This document shows, in pieces, positions 12,699-22,702 of a DNA stretch of 64,000 nucleotides (the stretch's first letter is position 1; each line of letters starts with the position of its first letter). Origin of the DNA: an uncultured delta proteobacterium (GTDB lineage Bacteria > Myxococcota_A > Polyangia > Fen-1088); the NCBI GenBank assembly GCA_963796685.1, contig CAWCMR010000013.1:352001-416000 (forward strand). Direction: 5' to 3'. The notes under the pieces are model-generated. The model saw only the letters and a list, made by a program, of their open reading frames with translations. It was not told where the DNA came from and did not search any database. A program made the position numbers and the translations under genes.

Positions 12699-12703
12699 CA
12701 AGG

Positions 12704-12729
12704 AAAAGGACCCGCGAAGGGTCCTTTTT
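12704..12729 (+). terminator. intrinsic terminator after tRNA-Val (bidirectional form)
   Basis: AAAAGGACCC-GCGAA-GGGTCCTTTTT. Confidence 0.85.
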
Positions 12730-12950
12730 GACCCCAGCGGATGAGCGTTGTCGGGTAAGAACCGCCCGTGCTCGCGCGATCCGCTATCGACAGGAAAGCG
12801 GGGAAAGCCGAGCAATTCAAAGTGCGGAATGCTATCCTGCGCAGCCATTGCGTCCCCACCATCCAACTGCTGCGACCCTTTTGCGAAACACCGGACCCGT
12901 CGCTTGCGCGAGCGACGATGATGGATATTCGCGTTCGGAGACCATGAACC

Positions 12951-14738
12951 GTGAGTGAGCCTGTTCGCCCCCGTGACAAGGGGGATGTTCCCGATGAGCC
13001 TCTGTCCCGCTTGCGCCACTCGGCGTCACACGTCATGGCCGACGCCGTCCGCCGCCTTCGCCCAGGCGCCAAGGTAACCATCGGTCCCGCCATCGAAAAT
13101 GGCTTCTACTACGATTTCGACACCGAGCCGTTCGCGCCCGAGGACATCGAGCGCATCGAGGCCGAGATGGCCAAGATCGTCGCGCAGGATCTGCCCTTTG
13201 TGCGCAAGGTCATTTCACGCCAAGAGGCCCTGGCGATGTTCGAGAGCAAGGGCGAGACCTACAAGGTCGAGATCATCCGGGGAATCCCGGAGGGCGAGGA
13301 GATTTCTCTTTTCCAGCACGGCGATTTCGTCGACCTGTGCGCCGGGCCGCACGTGCAGCGCACGGGCGAGATCAAGGCCTTCAAGGTGCTTTCGTTTGCC
13401 GGCGCGTACTGGCGCGGCGACGAGCACAACCAGCAGCTTCAACGCGTCTACGGAACGGCCTTCCCTTCCAAGGAAGAGCTGGCCGCGCACCTTGCCCGCC
13501 TGGAAGAGGCCAAGCGTCGCGATCATCGCCTATTGGGCAAGCAGCTCGATCTGTTTTCCTTCGACGAGCTGGTCGGCCCGGGCTTCGTGCTCTGGCATCC
13601 GAGGGGCGCCATCCTGCGCCAGGTGCTCGAGGACATGATTCGCAAAGAGGTCGTCCGGCGCGGCTACCAGGCCGTCTACACCCCCCACGTGGCACGCGAG
13701 CAGCTGCTCGAAAAGTCGGGCCACATGGCGCACTACAAGGACAATCTCTTCGGAGGCATGGAGCTGGAAGGGCAACGCTACCTGGTCAAGCCCATGAACT
13801 GCCCCTTCCATGTGGCTATTTACCGCTCGCAGCTACGCTCCTATCGCGAGTTGCCCATTCGCTACGCCGAGCTTGGCACGGTCTATCGCTACGAGCGCTC
13901 GGGCGTGCTACACGGCCTTCTGCGCGTGCGTGGATTCACCCAGGACGATGCGCACTTGTTCATCACCGAGGATCAGATCGAGGCCGAGCTGGCCGCCTGC
14001 GTCGGTTTCGGCATGGATCTGCTCCATCTCTTCGGTTTCGAGGACGTGAAGTTTTTCATGTCCACGCGCCCCCAAGACTTCATGGGCGAAATCGAGGCGT
14101 GGAACAAGGCCGAGGCCGCGATTCGCCGCGTCCTGGAGGCCAGCGGCCACCCGTTCGAGGTCGACGAGGGCGGCGGCGCTTTCTATGGTCCCAAGATCGA
14201 CCTCAAGATTCGCGATGCTCTCGGCCGCGACTGGCAGTGTACGACCTTCCAGCTCGACTACCAGATGCCCGAGCGCTTCGCTCTGGAGTACGTGGCTTCG
14301 GATGGTTCGCGCAAGCGCCCCATCATGATCCATCGCGCCTTGCTGGGTTCCATCGAACGCTTCATCGCCGTGCTCATCGAACATTTCGCCGGCGCCTTCC
14401 CGATGTGGCTCGCGCCGGTGCAGGCGCGGGTGATCTCGGTCAGCGAGAAGGCAGAGGCCTATGCGCGCGAAGCCGAGGGCGTGTTGCTGGCTGCCGGCTT
14501 GCGCGTGGACGCCGACCTGTCGGCGGACAAGCTCAACGCCAAAATTCGCCGCGCGCAGCTGGAGAAGATTCCGTACATGTTGGTGGTGGGCGAACGCGAC
14601 ATGGCCGCGCGGGTGGTTTCGCCGCGTACGCGCGAAGGCAAGCAGTTGCCCGCGATGCCCCTCGATGACATGGCCAAGACCTTGGTTGCCGAAGCGGCGG
14701 TTCCGTCGCTGGGCAATGCGGGCGCCAAAGTAGCGTAG
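12951..14738 (+). CDS. thrS: threonine--tRNA ligase (lacks the N-terminal TGS domain)
   Basis: RHSASHVMA, DLCAGPH, KPMNCP, YRYERSG, GAFYGPKID motifs. Confidence 0.97.
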   Translation: MSEPVRPRDKGDVPDEPLSRLRHSASHVMADAVRRLRPGAKVTIGPAIENGFYYDFDTEPFAPEDIERIEAEMAKIVAQDLPFVRKVISRQEALAMFESKGETYKVEIIRGIPEGEEISLFQHGDFVDLCAGPHVQRTGEIKAFKVLSFAGAYWRGDEHNQQLQRVYGTAFPSKEELAAHLARLEEAKRRDHRLLGKQLDLFSFDELVGPGFVLWHPRGAILRQVLEDMIRKEVVRRGYQAVYTPHVAREQLLEKSGHMAHYKDNLFGGMELEGQRYLVKPMNCPFHVAIYRSQLRSYRELPIRYAELGTVYRYERSGVLHGLLRVRGFTQDDAHLFITEDQIEAELAACVGFGMDLLHLFGFEDVKFFMSTRPQDFMGEIEAWNKAEAAIRRVLEASGHPFEVDEGGGAFYGPKIDLKIRDALGRDWQCTTFQLDYQMPERFALEYVASDGSRKRPIMIHRALLGSIERFIAVLIEHFAGAFPMWLAPVQARVISVSEKAEAYAREAEGVLLAAGLRVDADLSADKLNAKIRRAQLEKIPYMLVVGERDMAARVVSPRTREGKQLPAMPLDDMAKTLVAEAAVPSLGNAGAKVA

Positions 14739-14762
14739 ACGACAGCAGCAGGAGGAAAGACC

Positions 14763-15440
14763 ATCCCAAGACCAGGTGGATATCAAGGATCGCGCGGCCC
14801 GGCCAGCGCAGCAGACAACTACCGCGTAGGGCGGCGTATTCGCGTGCCTGAGGTGCGTGTCATTGGCAGCGACGGCAGCCAGGTCGGCATTTTGCAAACC
14901 CACGAAGCGTTGAGGATGGCGGAGGAGGCGGGCCTCGATCTCGTCGAGGTCAGTCCTCGCGCCGTGCCGCCGGTATGCCGAATCATGGACTTCGGGCGGT
15001 TCAAGTACCAAGAGTCCAAGAAGGAAAAGGCCTCACGCAAACACCAGTCGACGGTGGTCATCAAGGAAATCAAGTTTCGGCCCAAGACCGACACCCACGA
15101 CCTTGATTTCAAGCTCAAGCACATCCGCCGCTTCCTCGGCGAAGGCAACAAGGTTCGCCTGATGATCGTGTTTCGCGGGCGCGAGATCGTTCACCCGGAA
15201 ACCGGCCACGCCATGCTGGACGTGGTGTCCAAGGAAGTCGCCGAGGTCTCCGTCATCGAGCAAAAGCCGTCGATGGAAGGACGGCGCATGGTCATGGTGC
15301 TCGGGCCGCGCTCCGGCGTCATTCGGCCGGCGGTTGTGCCGCAGGCGATCACCCCCGGCACTCCGGGTTTGCGCTCCGCGCCAGCGGCCGATGAGCCCGT
15401 AGTGTCCAACGCGACGGATGTCGCCGCTCCGAAAGCGTGA
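14763..15440 (+). CDS. infC: translation initiation factor IF-3, non-canonical ATC start
   Basis: GGAGG SD at 14751 then an in-frame ATC at 14763; LDLVEVSP..PPVCRIMDFG..KEIKFRP. Confidence 0.93.
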   Translation: MPRPGGYQGSRGPASAADNYRVGRRIRVPEVRVIGSDGSQVGILQTHEALRMAEEAGLDLVEVSPRAVPPVCRIMDFGRFKYQESKKEKASRKHQSTVVIKEIKFRPKTDTHDLDFKLKHIRRFLGEGNKVRLMIVFRGREIVHPETGHAMLDVVSKEVAEVSVIEQKPSMEGRRMVMVLGPRSGVIRPAVVPQAITPGTPGLRSAPAADEPVVSNATDVAAPKA

Positions 15441-15494
15441 GCTTGCTGTAATTGCTTGCGTGGCCGTTCGCCCTGTATATACTGCGCGCCTCTC

Positions 15495-15701
15495 ATGCCC
15501 AAGCTGAAGATGAAGACGAAGAGCGCGGTCAAGAAGCGCTTCAAGCTGACCGCAAATGGTCGTATAAAGCGTAAGCACGCTTACCAGAGGCACATCCTCA
15601 CCAACAAGAAGCCAGGCAACAAGCGCAAGCTGCGCAAAGGCGCCTACATCGCCAAGAGTCAAGAGCACCAGATCAAGGCGATGATTCCCTACGGACTATA
15701 G
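15495..15701 (+). CDS. rpmI: 50S ribosomal protein L35
   Basis: MPKLKMKTKSAVKKRFKLTANG..HILTNK; position between infC and rplT. Confidence 0.95.
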   Translation: MPKLKMKTKSAVKKRFKLTANGRIKRKHAYQRHILTNKKPGNKRKLRKGAYIAKSQEHQIKAMIPYGL

Positions 15702-15702
15702 A

Positions 15703-15779
15703 GATGGGAACCCTGGGAGGGTTCCCACCCTCCCACGATGGTTTGCCCTCGGTACAGCCGAAGGGTTCCCGACGCGAAA
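15703..15779 (+). repeat. dispersed double-hairpin repeat, copy 1
   Basis: GATGGGAACCCTGGGAGGGTTCCCA..CCCTCCC.CGATGGTT; matches the reverse complement of 20521-20598. Confidence 0.8.
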
Positions 15780-15797
15780 GAAGTTTAGGAGTTACAC

Positions 15798-16148
15798 ATG
15801 CCCCGCGCTAAAGGTGGATACAAGACAAAGCATCGACGCGACCGCATTCGCAAGGCAGCCAAGGGCTTCCGCGGCGGGCGCTCAAAACTCTGGAAGGCGG
15901 CCGTAGAAGCCGTCCACCACGCGTGGCGCTTCTCCTACTTCCACCGCCGCAAGCGGAAGGGCGATTTCCGCGGTCTGTGGATCGTGCGCATCAACGCCGC
16001 CTCCCGCGAGATCGGCGTTTCCTACTCCAAGCTCATCGCCGGCATGGCCAAGGCGAACATCGCCATCGATCGCAAGATCCTGGCCGATCTGGCCATCAGC
16101 GATCCGAACGCCTTCAAGAAGATCGTCGAAGCCGCGCAGGCGGCCTAA
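15798..16148 (+). CDS. rplT: 50S ribosomal protein L20
   Basis: MPRAKGG..AKGFRGGRSK..FRGLWIVRINAA. Confidence 0.97.
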   Translation: MPRAKGGYKTKHRRDRIRKAAKGFRGGRSKLWKAAVEAVHHAWRFSYFHRRKRKGDFRGLWIVRINAASREIGVSYSKLIAGMAKANIAIDRKILADLAISDPNAFKKIVEAAQAA

Positions 16149-16166
16149 CCTCTCGCCTGAGCCGCG

Positions 16167-17237
16167 ATGGCCAGCGAAGGAGCAGGAACGGGCCAGGATC
16201 TCGTCCGTTCGTTCGAGAGCCTGAGCGCCGAGCTCGCCGCCGAGATAGCGGCCGTTGCCACCGAGCCGGAGATTCGCCTGGCGCAGGCGCGCTACCTCGG
16301 CAAGAAGGGCAGGGCAACCGAGCTCATGAAGTTGCTCGGCCGCATTCCGCCCGCGGATCGCCCGATGGTGGGCGCGGCAGCCAATCGCGCGCGCGAGGCT
16401 ATCGAGAAGCTGGTGGATGCCAGGCTTGCGAGCTTGGCCGAGGCGTCGCTGGCGTCCGAGCTGTCGCGCAGTGTGGACGTGACCTTGCCCGGTCGCGGCC
16501 ATCGCGCGGGGACCCTGCACCCGCTCACCCGCGTGCGCATGGAGATCGAGCACATCTTCCATGGCATGGGATTCGAGGTGCGCACGGGACCGCTCATCGA
16601 AACCGAGTGGAACAACTTCGACGCGCTGAACACCCCGACCGATCACCCCGCGCGCGATATGCAGGACACCTTCTTCGTCGAGGACGGTCGCATCCTGCGC
16701 TCGCACACCTCTCCGGTGCAGGTGCGGACCATGCTGGCGGGCCCGCCACCCGTGAAAATCATCGCGCCCGGCAACGTCTTTCGTCGCGACGACGATGCCA
16801 CCCACACCCCCATGTTTCCCCAGTGCGAGGGCCTGCACGTCGACACGGACGTCAGCTTCGAGGATCTGAAGGCCACGCTCATCGTGTTCGTGCAGCGCTT
16901 CTTCGGGCCCGAGACCGACATTCGCCTACGCCCCAGCTTCTTCCCCTTCACTGAACCGTCGGCCGAGGTCGATGCCTCATGCTTCTTGTGCCAGGGCAGG
17001 GCGCCGGCGCGTTCGACTTGCCGCCTGTGCAAGGGAACCGGATGGCTCGAAATCGGAGGCTCGGGCATGGTTCACCCCAACGTCTTTCGGGCCGTGGGCT
17101 ACGACAAGTACGACGTGACGGGATTCGCCTTTGGCATGGGCCTGTCGCGGATGGCGATGCTCAAATACGGGGTCACGGATCTGCGCCTATTCTATGAGAA
17201 TGATCTTCGTTTTCTTCAGCAATTTCCAGCAGGATAG
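16167..17237 (+). CDS. pheS: phenylalanine--tRNA ligase alpha subunit
   Basis: HPARDMQDTF, LRSHTSPVQ, FPFTEPSAE, GFAFGMG. Confidence 0.97.
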   Translation: MASEGAGTGQDLVRSFESLSAELAAEIAAVATEPEIRLAQARYLGKKGRATELMKLLGRIPPADRPMVGAAANRAREAIEKLVDARLASLAEASLASELSRSVDVTLPGRGHRAGTLHPLTRVRMEIEHIFHGMGFEVRTGPLIETEWNNFDALNTPTDHPARDMQDTFFVEDGRILRSHTSPVQVRTMLAGPPPVKIIAPGNVFRRDDDATHTPMFPQCEGLHVDTDVSFEDLKATLIVFVQRFFGPETDIRLRPSFFPFTEPSAEVDASCFLCQGRAPARSTCRLCKGTGWLEIGGSGMVHPNVFRAVGYDKYDVTGFAFGMGLSRMAMLKYGVTDLRLFYENDLRFLQQFPAG

Positions 17238-17246
17238 GCACAGCTC

Positions 17247-19652
17247 ATGAAGATCTCCTTGAACTGGCTGCGAGAGCTCGTCGAGCTTCCCCCCGGCGTC
17301 GACGCCGAGCGGGTCGCCGACGCGCTGACCGGCCAAGGGCTGGAGGTGGAAGGCATCGAGCCCAAGGGCCGCGAGCTGTCGGGCGTGCTGGTGGCCGAGG
17401 TGCTGGACCTTCGCCCCCACCCCAAGGCCGACAAGCTGCGCATCGTCCGCGTGCGCGCGGGAGGCCGAGAGGAAGACATCGTCTGTGGCGCCCCCAACGT
17501 GCCGCCCCCCGGGAATCGGGTGTGCTGGGCGACGTCCGGCGCGCGCCTGCCCGGAGGAAAGACGCTGGAGGCGCGCGAGGTGCGCGGGGTGATGTCGCCG
17601 GGCATGCTGTGCAGCGAGCCCGAGATGGGCCTCGGCGAGCAAGGTGACGGAATCTTGATTCTGTCACCTTCGGCCAGACCGGGCGACGACCTGGCCACTT
17701 CCATCGGTGCCGTCGACGACATCCTGGAAGTGAACGTCACACCGAATCGCGGCGATGCGCTTTCGCACCTGGGCGTTGCGCGCGAGTTGGCCGCCCACTT
17801 CGGCACGCACGTTCGCCTGCCCGAGATCGGCCAGGTTCCGGAATCGGAGAGCGGCCCAACCATGGCTGTCGAGATCGCGGATGCCCAAGGTTGCCCACGG
17901 TACATGGCGCGATTCCTCGCCGGTCTGACCGTGGCGCCGAGCACTATCCCGGTGCGCCTGCGCCTCGCCTACTGCGGGATGCGGCCGATCTCGAACCTGG
18001 TCGATGTGACGAACTACGTGCTGCTGGAAACCGGACACCCCTTACACGCCTTCGATTTCGACAAGCTGCAAGGCCCCATCGTCGTGCGCCGCGCGGGCCA
18101 GGGCGAGGGCATGGAGACGCTCGACGGACAAAAGCGCGACCTCTTGACCGAAGATCTGTTGATCACCGACGCGCGTGGACCGGTGGCCATCGCGGGTGTC
18201 ATGGGGGGCGCGATCAGCGAGGTCTCTCCCTCCACATGCCGGGTCCTGCTCGAGGCCGCCATCTTCGATCCGCGCAGCATTCGCCGCACGGCCAAGCGCC
18301 TGGGCATCCCTTCGGAAGCTTCGTACCGCTTCGAACGCGGAGTGGACGCGAACGGCATCCCCTTCGCTTCGCTGCGGGCAGTCGCGCTGATGGCCAAGCT
18401 CGGCGGCGGCAGCGTGGTGCGCGCGATGGTCGACCAGTTTTCCCGGCCACCGGCTATCAAGAAGGTCGTGCTGCCCCTGGCGCGGCTCCGGCGCGTGAGC
18501 GGAAACGACTACCCCATCGCCTTCGCGGCCGAGCAGCTTACTCGCCTGGGCATGGTCTGCGAGACGTCGGCGGACAGGGTTTCGGTGACCGTGCCGTCCT
18601 ACCGACCCGACCTCGCCATCGCCGAGGATTTGATCGAGGAAATCCTGCGCATGGGCGAGCTCGGCAAGCCCGCGCACAAGGAGCGCGTGGCCACGAACGC
18701 CACCGAGCTGGCGAATCCGGAAGGTCCGGCCGATCGCGCTCGCCTGCTTCTGGCCGGGGCTGGGTTGTCGGAGATCGTCACCTGGGCCTTCGTGCCCAAG
18801 GCCGCGATCGCCGCCATCTCCGGCGACGGCAAGGATGCACAGCTCGGACACGGCATCGTCCTGCGCAACCCGATCTCGGCCGATTACGAGGTCATGCGCA
18901 CGTCGCTGCTTCCGGGCTTGGCCGATGCGCTCAAACGCAACCTTTCCCGTGGCCTCGCGGGGGCGTGGCTTTACGAAGTCGGTTCCATCGTGCGGCGGAC
19001 CTCCGACGACGATGCCACGCCGGTGGAAACCACGCACGCCGCCGGGCTCGTCGCGGGAAACCGGCCGGGGTGGCTCAAACCGGGCGAGCCGCTCGACTTC
19101 TACGATCTCAAGCACGTGGTCGAGAGGCTCCTGCGCGGCTTCGGTCTGCTCGAGGTCGATTTCGAGCCGCCGGCGCCGTTGCCGTTCGTTCATCCGGGCG
19201 TCTCGGCCCGGATTCGCACCCGGGAAGGCGCGCACCTTGGTGCCCTGGGCGAGCTGCATCCGGCGGTGGCGCGCAAGCTCGGCATCGAGGCCTCGGCTTT
19301 CTACTTCGAGATCGAGGTGGCGGCGCTCGCCTCCGCATCGCGTCCGCTGCGCACCTCGGCCCCGCCGCGCTTCCCGGCGGTCTCGCGTGACGTGTCGTTT
19401 TGGATCGATCTGGCGACGCCCGCGGCGGCTCTCCGCGCGGCCTTCCTGTCGGCGAAGGAGCCGCTGCTTTGCGATCTCGCCGTGCTCGAGGACTTCCGCG
19501 ATCCCAGGTACGCCCCGCCGGGCAAGAAGGGCGTGCTGTGGTCCATGACCTACCGGGCCGCCGACCGAACCTTGACCGATGCCGAGGCCGACGAAGCGCA
19601 CCAGCGGGTTGTCAAGACCCTTGCGTCGGCCTTCGCCATTCAGATCCGGTAG
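17247..19652 (+). CDS. pheT: phenylalanine--tRNA ligase beta subunit
   Basis: MKISLNWL, IVCGAPN, TPNRGDALS, HPLHAFD, RFERGVD, C-terminal anticodon-binding domain. Confidence 0.96.
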   Translation: MKISLNWLRELVELPPGVDAERVADALTGQGLEVEGIEPKGRELSGVLVAEVLDLRPHPKADKLRIVRVRAGGREEDIVCGAPNVPPPGNRVCWATSGARLPGGKTLEAREVRGVMSPGMLCSEPEMGLGEQGDGILILSPSARPGDDLATSIGAVDDILEVNVTPNRGDALSHLGVARELAAHFGTHVRLPEIGQVPESESGPTMAVEIADAQGCPRYMARFLAGLTVAPSTIPVRLRLAYCGMRPISNLVDVTNYVLLETGHPLHAFDFDKLQGPIVVRRAGQGEGMETLDGQKRDLLTEDLLITDARGPVAIAGVMGGAISEVSPSTCRVLLEAAIFDPRSIRRTAKRLGIPSEASYRFERGVDANGIPFASLRAVALMAKLGGGSVVRAMVDQFSRPPAIKKVVLPLARLRRVSGNDYPIAFAAEQLTRLGMVCETSADRVSVTVPSYRPDLAIAEDLIEEILRMGELGKPAHKERVATNATELANPEGPADRARLLLAGAGLSEIVTWAFVPKAAIAAISGDGKDAQLGHGIVLRNPISADYEVMRTSLLPGLADALKRNLSRGLAGAWLYEVGSIVRRTSDDDATPVETTHAAGLVAGNRPGWLKPGEPLDFYDLKHVVERLLRGFGLLEVDFEPPAPLPFVHPGVSARIRTREGAHLGALGELHPAVARKLGIEASAFYFEIEVAALASASRPLRTSAPPRFPAVSRDVSFWIDLATPAAALRAAFLSAKEPLLCDLAVLEDFRDPRYAPPGKKGVLWSMTYRAADRTLTDAEADEAHQRVVKTLASAFAIQIR

Positions 19653-19700
19653 CACCGTTCAAGCCTTTGACAAGACTCGTGTTTGTGGGAACATAGCGCC

Positions 19701-19988
19701 ATGACCAAGGCCGACATCGTCGAGACTGTCTACGAGAAGGTGGGTGGTTTTTCCAAGAAAGAGGCGGCCGAGATCGTCGAGACTGTCTTCGACACGATAA
19801 AGCTCACCCTCGAACGCGGTGAGAAGATCAAGATTTCCGGTTTCGGCAACTTCGTAGTGCGGGACAAGAATTCTCGCACCGGGCGCAATCCGCAGACGGG
19901 CCAGGAAATCACCATCACGGCACGCCGAGTGCTGACCTTCAAGCCCAGCCAGGTCTTGAAGAACTCTCTCAACGGCGAAGCCGTCTAG
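19701..19988 (+). CDS. ihfA: integration host factor alpha subunit
   Basis: [23 protein letters not shown]; pheT-ihfA synteny. Confidence 0.93.
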   Translation: MTKADIVETVYEKVGGFSKKEAAEIVETVFDTIKLTLERGEKIKISGFGNFVVRDKNSRTGRNPQTGQEITITARRVLTFKPSQVLKNSLNGEAV

Positions 19989-20021
19989 CCGCGGCCCCCC
20001 CGAGCGAACGCGAGGACGCTG

Positions 20022-20405
20022 TTGCCCAGACGCAAGGTCGCGCCAGTCGATCCGAACGTGATACCGGACAAGCCCTTCTTCAAGATCGGCGAGGCAGCGC
20101 GGCTGTGTGCGCTCAAGCCCTATGTCTTGCGCTACTGGGAGACCGAGTTTCATTCCATCAAGCCGCAGAAGACCCGTTCCGGTCAGCGGCTTTACCGCCG
20201 GCAGGACGTGGAGTTGCTCCTGCGCATCCGCAACCTACTCTACGACCAGCGCTTCACTATCGAAGGCGCAAGGACCCGGCTGCGCGAGCTCGGCCATGAG
20301 GAGCCCGCGCCGCCTACGCTGCCGCCCCCGGATGTGGACGTCGAAACCATGCGCAAGATCAAGCTGGCGGTCGTCGAGCTAATTGGGCTTGTGGAAGAGC
20401 CCTAG
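20022..20405 (+). CDS. MerR-family transcriptional regulator
   Basis: [25 protein letters not shown]; conserved ihfA-merR-tRNA-Pro arrangement. Confidence 0.9.
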   Translation: MPRRKVAPVDPNVIPDKPFFKIGEAARLCALKPYVLRYWETEFHSIKPQKTRSGQRLYRRQDVELLLRIRNLLYDQRFTIEGARTRLRELGHEEPAPPTLPPPDVDVETMRKIKLAVVELIGLVEEP

Positions 20406-20439
20406 GTCCACTACATTTCGCATCCTCTTTCAAACATAG

Positions 20440-20516
<77 letters not shown>

Positions 20517-20520
20517 AATG

Positions 20521-20598
20521 TTTTGCGTGGGGAGCGCCGAGCTAAGCTCGGCGCGAACCATCGCGGGAGGGTATGGGAACCCTCCCAGGGTTCCCATC
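20521..20598 (-). repeat. dispersed double-hairpin repeat, copy 2 (inverted)
   Basis: reverse complement reads GATGGGAACCCTGGGAGGGTTCCCATACCCTCCCGCGATGGTT.., matching 15703-15779. Confidence 0.8.
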
Positions 20599-20611
20599 GC
20601 AATTGACCTTG

Positions 20612-21382
20612 GTGAAGCCGCTCATTCTTCTCAGCAACGACGACGGCGTCCGCGCGCCTGGCATCCAGGCGCTGGCGGGCGCGCTGGCGGACGTCGGCGA
20701 GGTCATCCTGGCGGCCCCGGACCGCGAGCGCAGCGCCGCCGCGCATTCCATCAGCCTCGATCACCCGCTGCGCGTCGAGCGCGTGGAGCCGAACGTCTAC
20801 GCCATCGATGGGACGCCGGTGGACTGTGTATACCTGGCGCTTCATCATTTGGTTCCGCGCAAACCGGATCTCTGCCTGTCCGGCATCAACAACGGCTTCA
20901 ACCTCGGCTCGGACGTTTTCTACTCCGGCACGGTTGGCGCCGCGCTGGAAGGCGCCCTACGTGGCGTGCCGGCCATCGCGCTTTCCTTGCAGCGTCAGAA
21001 ACCGCAGGACTTCACCCATGCCGCCGCGTTCTCGCGTGACCTGGTCCGCGACATCCTCGCACGCGGCCCGGTCGCCATCGAGCCCGGAACCCTGCTCAAC
21101 GTGAACCTGCCTTCGGGGCCCGTGCGTGGGCTGCGGCCGACCAGCCTTGGCCGCCGCATTTATCGCGACCAGGTTTCGGTTCGCCTGGATCTGCGCGGGC
21201 GAAACTACTACTGGATCGGCGGACCCGAGGAAGAGGGCGAGGACGTCCCCGGCTCGGACTGCACCGCGGTCCGTGAAGGCCTGGTTTCGGTGACCGCCAT
21301 AGGGCTCGACCTCACGCATAAGACCATGCTCGACCGGCTGACCTCCTGGTGGCCTGGCGAGCGCTTGGGCAACAGCCAGTAG
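20612..21382 (+). CDS. surE: 5'/3'-nucleotidase SurE
   Basis: ILLSNDDG, GTPVDCV, SGINNGFNLG..YSGTVGAA. Confidence 0.95.
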   Translation: MKPLILLSNDDGVRAPGIQALAGALADVGEVILAAPDRERSAAAHSISLDHPLRVERVEPNVYAIDGTPVDCVYLALHHLVPRKPDLCLSGINNGFNLGSDVFYSGTVGAALEGALRGVPAIALSLQRQKPQDFTHAAAFSRDLVRDILARGPVAIEPGTLLNVNLPSGPVRGLRPTSLGRRIYRDQVSVRLDLRGRNYYWIGGPEEEGEDVPGSDCTAVREGLVSVTAIGLDLTHKTMLDRLTSWWPGERLGNSQ

Positions 21383-21418
21383 ACTGTCGCTCCAGGAGGT
21401 TGTAGGGGTTAGGGAGGC

Positions 21419-22150
21419 ATGGTCTCCGGGCAAAAGCGTGTCTGCCACTCGTCCTGCTTTCTGGCGTATGTCCTGGCTGCGTTTGGCTGTGCTGCCACCG
21501 GTGGGGCCGGGCGCCCCATGCACCCGGACCATGTGCCGGGCACGTGGCACGTGGTGGCACCGGGAGAAACCGCGTGGTCGATCGCGCATCAAGCTGGGAT
21601 TCCGCTCGAGGATCTGTTGGAGATCAACGGGCTCAAAAGGAGCGAGACGCTGGAGCCGGGGCGGACGCTGTTCATCCTGGGCAAGCCCGAGGCGCCAGCC
21701 AGCGCCTCCGCGGCGGCCTCGGCACCGGCCGTGTCCGCCGCCCCGCCGCCGGCTGCCGGCAAGTCGAACGCCCCCCTGCGCTGGCCGGTGAAGGCGCCCC
21801 GCCTGACCTCGCCTTTCGGCACGCGCTGGGGCAGAAACCATGAAGGCATCGACATGGCCGCGCCCATCGGCACGCCGGTGTACGCTGCTGCGGCTGGAGA
21901 CGTGATCTACGCCGGGGATCAGGTGCGCGGCTATGGCAACATGGTGGTGGTCAAGCACGATGGCGACTTGGTGACCGTGTATGCGCACAACTCGCTCTTG
22001 CTGGTGCACACCGGGGATCGCGTGACGGTCGGACAGGAGATCGCTCGGGTAGGGGACACGGGCCGGGCCACCGCGCCGCACCTGCACTTCGAGGTCCGCC
22101 GCGGCGAGGTTCCGCAAGACCCCATGCCGTTTTTGCCTCCTTTGAAGTAG
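21419..22150 (+). CDS. LysM + M23 peptidase lipoprotein (NlpD-like)
   Basis: LysM (HVVAPGETAWSIA), HEGID, YAHN, PHLHFE; surE-nlpD synteny. Confidence 0.9.
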   Translation: MVSGQKRVCHSSCFLAYVLAAFGCAATGGAGRPMHPDHVPGTWHVVAPGETAWSIAHQAGIPLEDLLEINGLKRSETLEPGRTLFILGKPEAPASASAAASAPAVSAAPPPAAGKSNAPLRWPVKAPRLTSPFGTRWGRNHEGIDMAAPIGTPVYAAAAGDVIYAGDQVRGYGNMVVVKHDGDLVTVYAHNSLLLVHTGDRVTVGQEIARVGDTGRATAPHLHFEVRRGEVPQDPMPFLPPLK

Positions 22151-22159
22151 AACCCGGAC

Positions 22160-22699
22160 ATGTTTGCAAGCGATGTCTCCAAGGTCGATATTCGTTCCCT
22201 GATTCGCGACATTCCCGACTTTCCCAAGCCGGGCATCCTGTTTCGCGACGTGACTCCTCTACTCGGCAACGGGCCGGCCTTTCGTGCCTGCATCACGCAG
22301 CTGTGCGAGCGCCTGGCGCCGTACAAACCGCAGTCCATCGCGGGAATCGAGTCGCGCGGGTTCATCTTCGGCGCCAGCACGGCGGCGGAGCTGGGCATCG
22401 GTTTCGTGCCCATTCGCAAGCCGGGCAAGCTGCCGTGGAAGACGCGCAAGGAGCAGTACGCTCTCGAATACGGAACCGATGCCATCGAGGTGCACGAGGA
22501 CGCGGTGGCGCCCGGCACGCGCGTAGCCCTGCTCGACGATCTCTTGGCCACCGGGGGCACCGCGGGGGCCGCCATCAAGCTGCTGCAAGGACTTGGCGGA
22601 AAGGTGGTCGTCGCCGAGTTCGTCATCGAGCTGGCGTTTCTCAAGGGACGGGCAGGGCTGGGCGGCGTGCCAGCCGAGGTGCTGATCACGTACGCGTAG
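22160..22699 (+). CDS. apt: adenine phosphoribosyltransferase
   Basis: PDFPKPGILFRD, ESRGF, RKPGKLP, LEYG, DDLLATGGT. Confidence 0.96.
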   Translation: MFASDVSKVDIRSLIRDIPDFPKPGILFRDVTPLLGNGPAFRACITQLCERLAPYKPQSIAGIESRGFIFGASTAAELGIGFVPIRKPGKLPWKTRKEQYALEYGTDAIEVHEDAVAPGTRVALLDDLLATGGTAGAAIKLLQGLGGKVVVAEFVIELAFLKGRAGLGGVPAEVLITYA

Positions 22700-22702
22700 G
22701 AC

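Noticed and set aside
12730-12950. T-box or riboswitch in the thrS leader
   Set aside because: No T-box consensus or recognisable aptamer was seen; only an extended -10-like TGCTATCCT.
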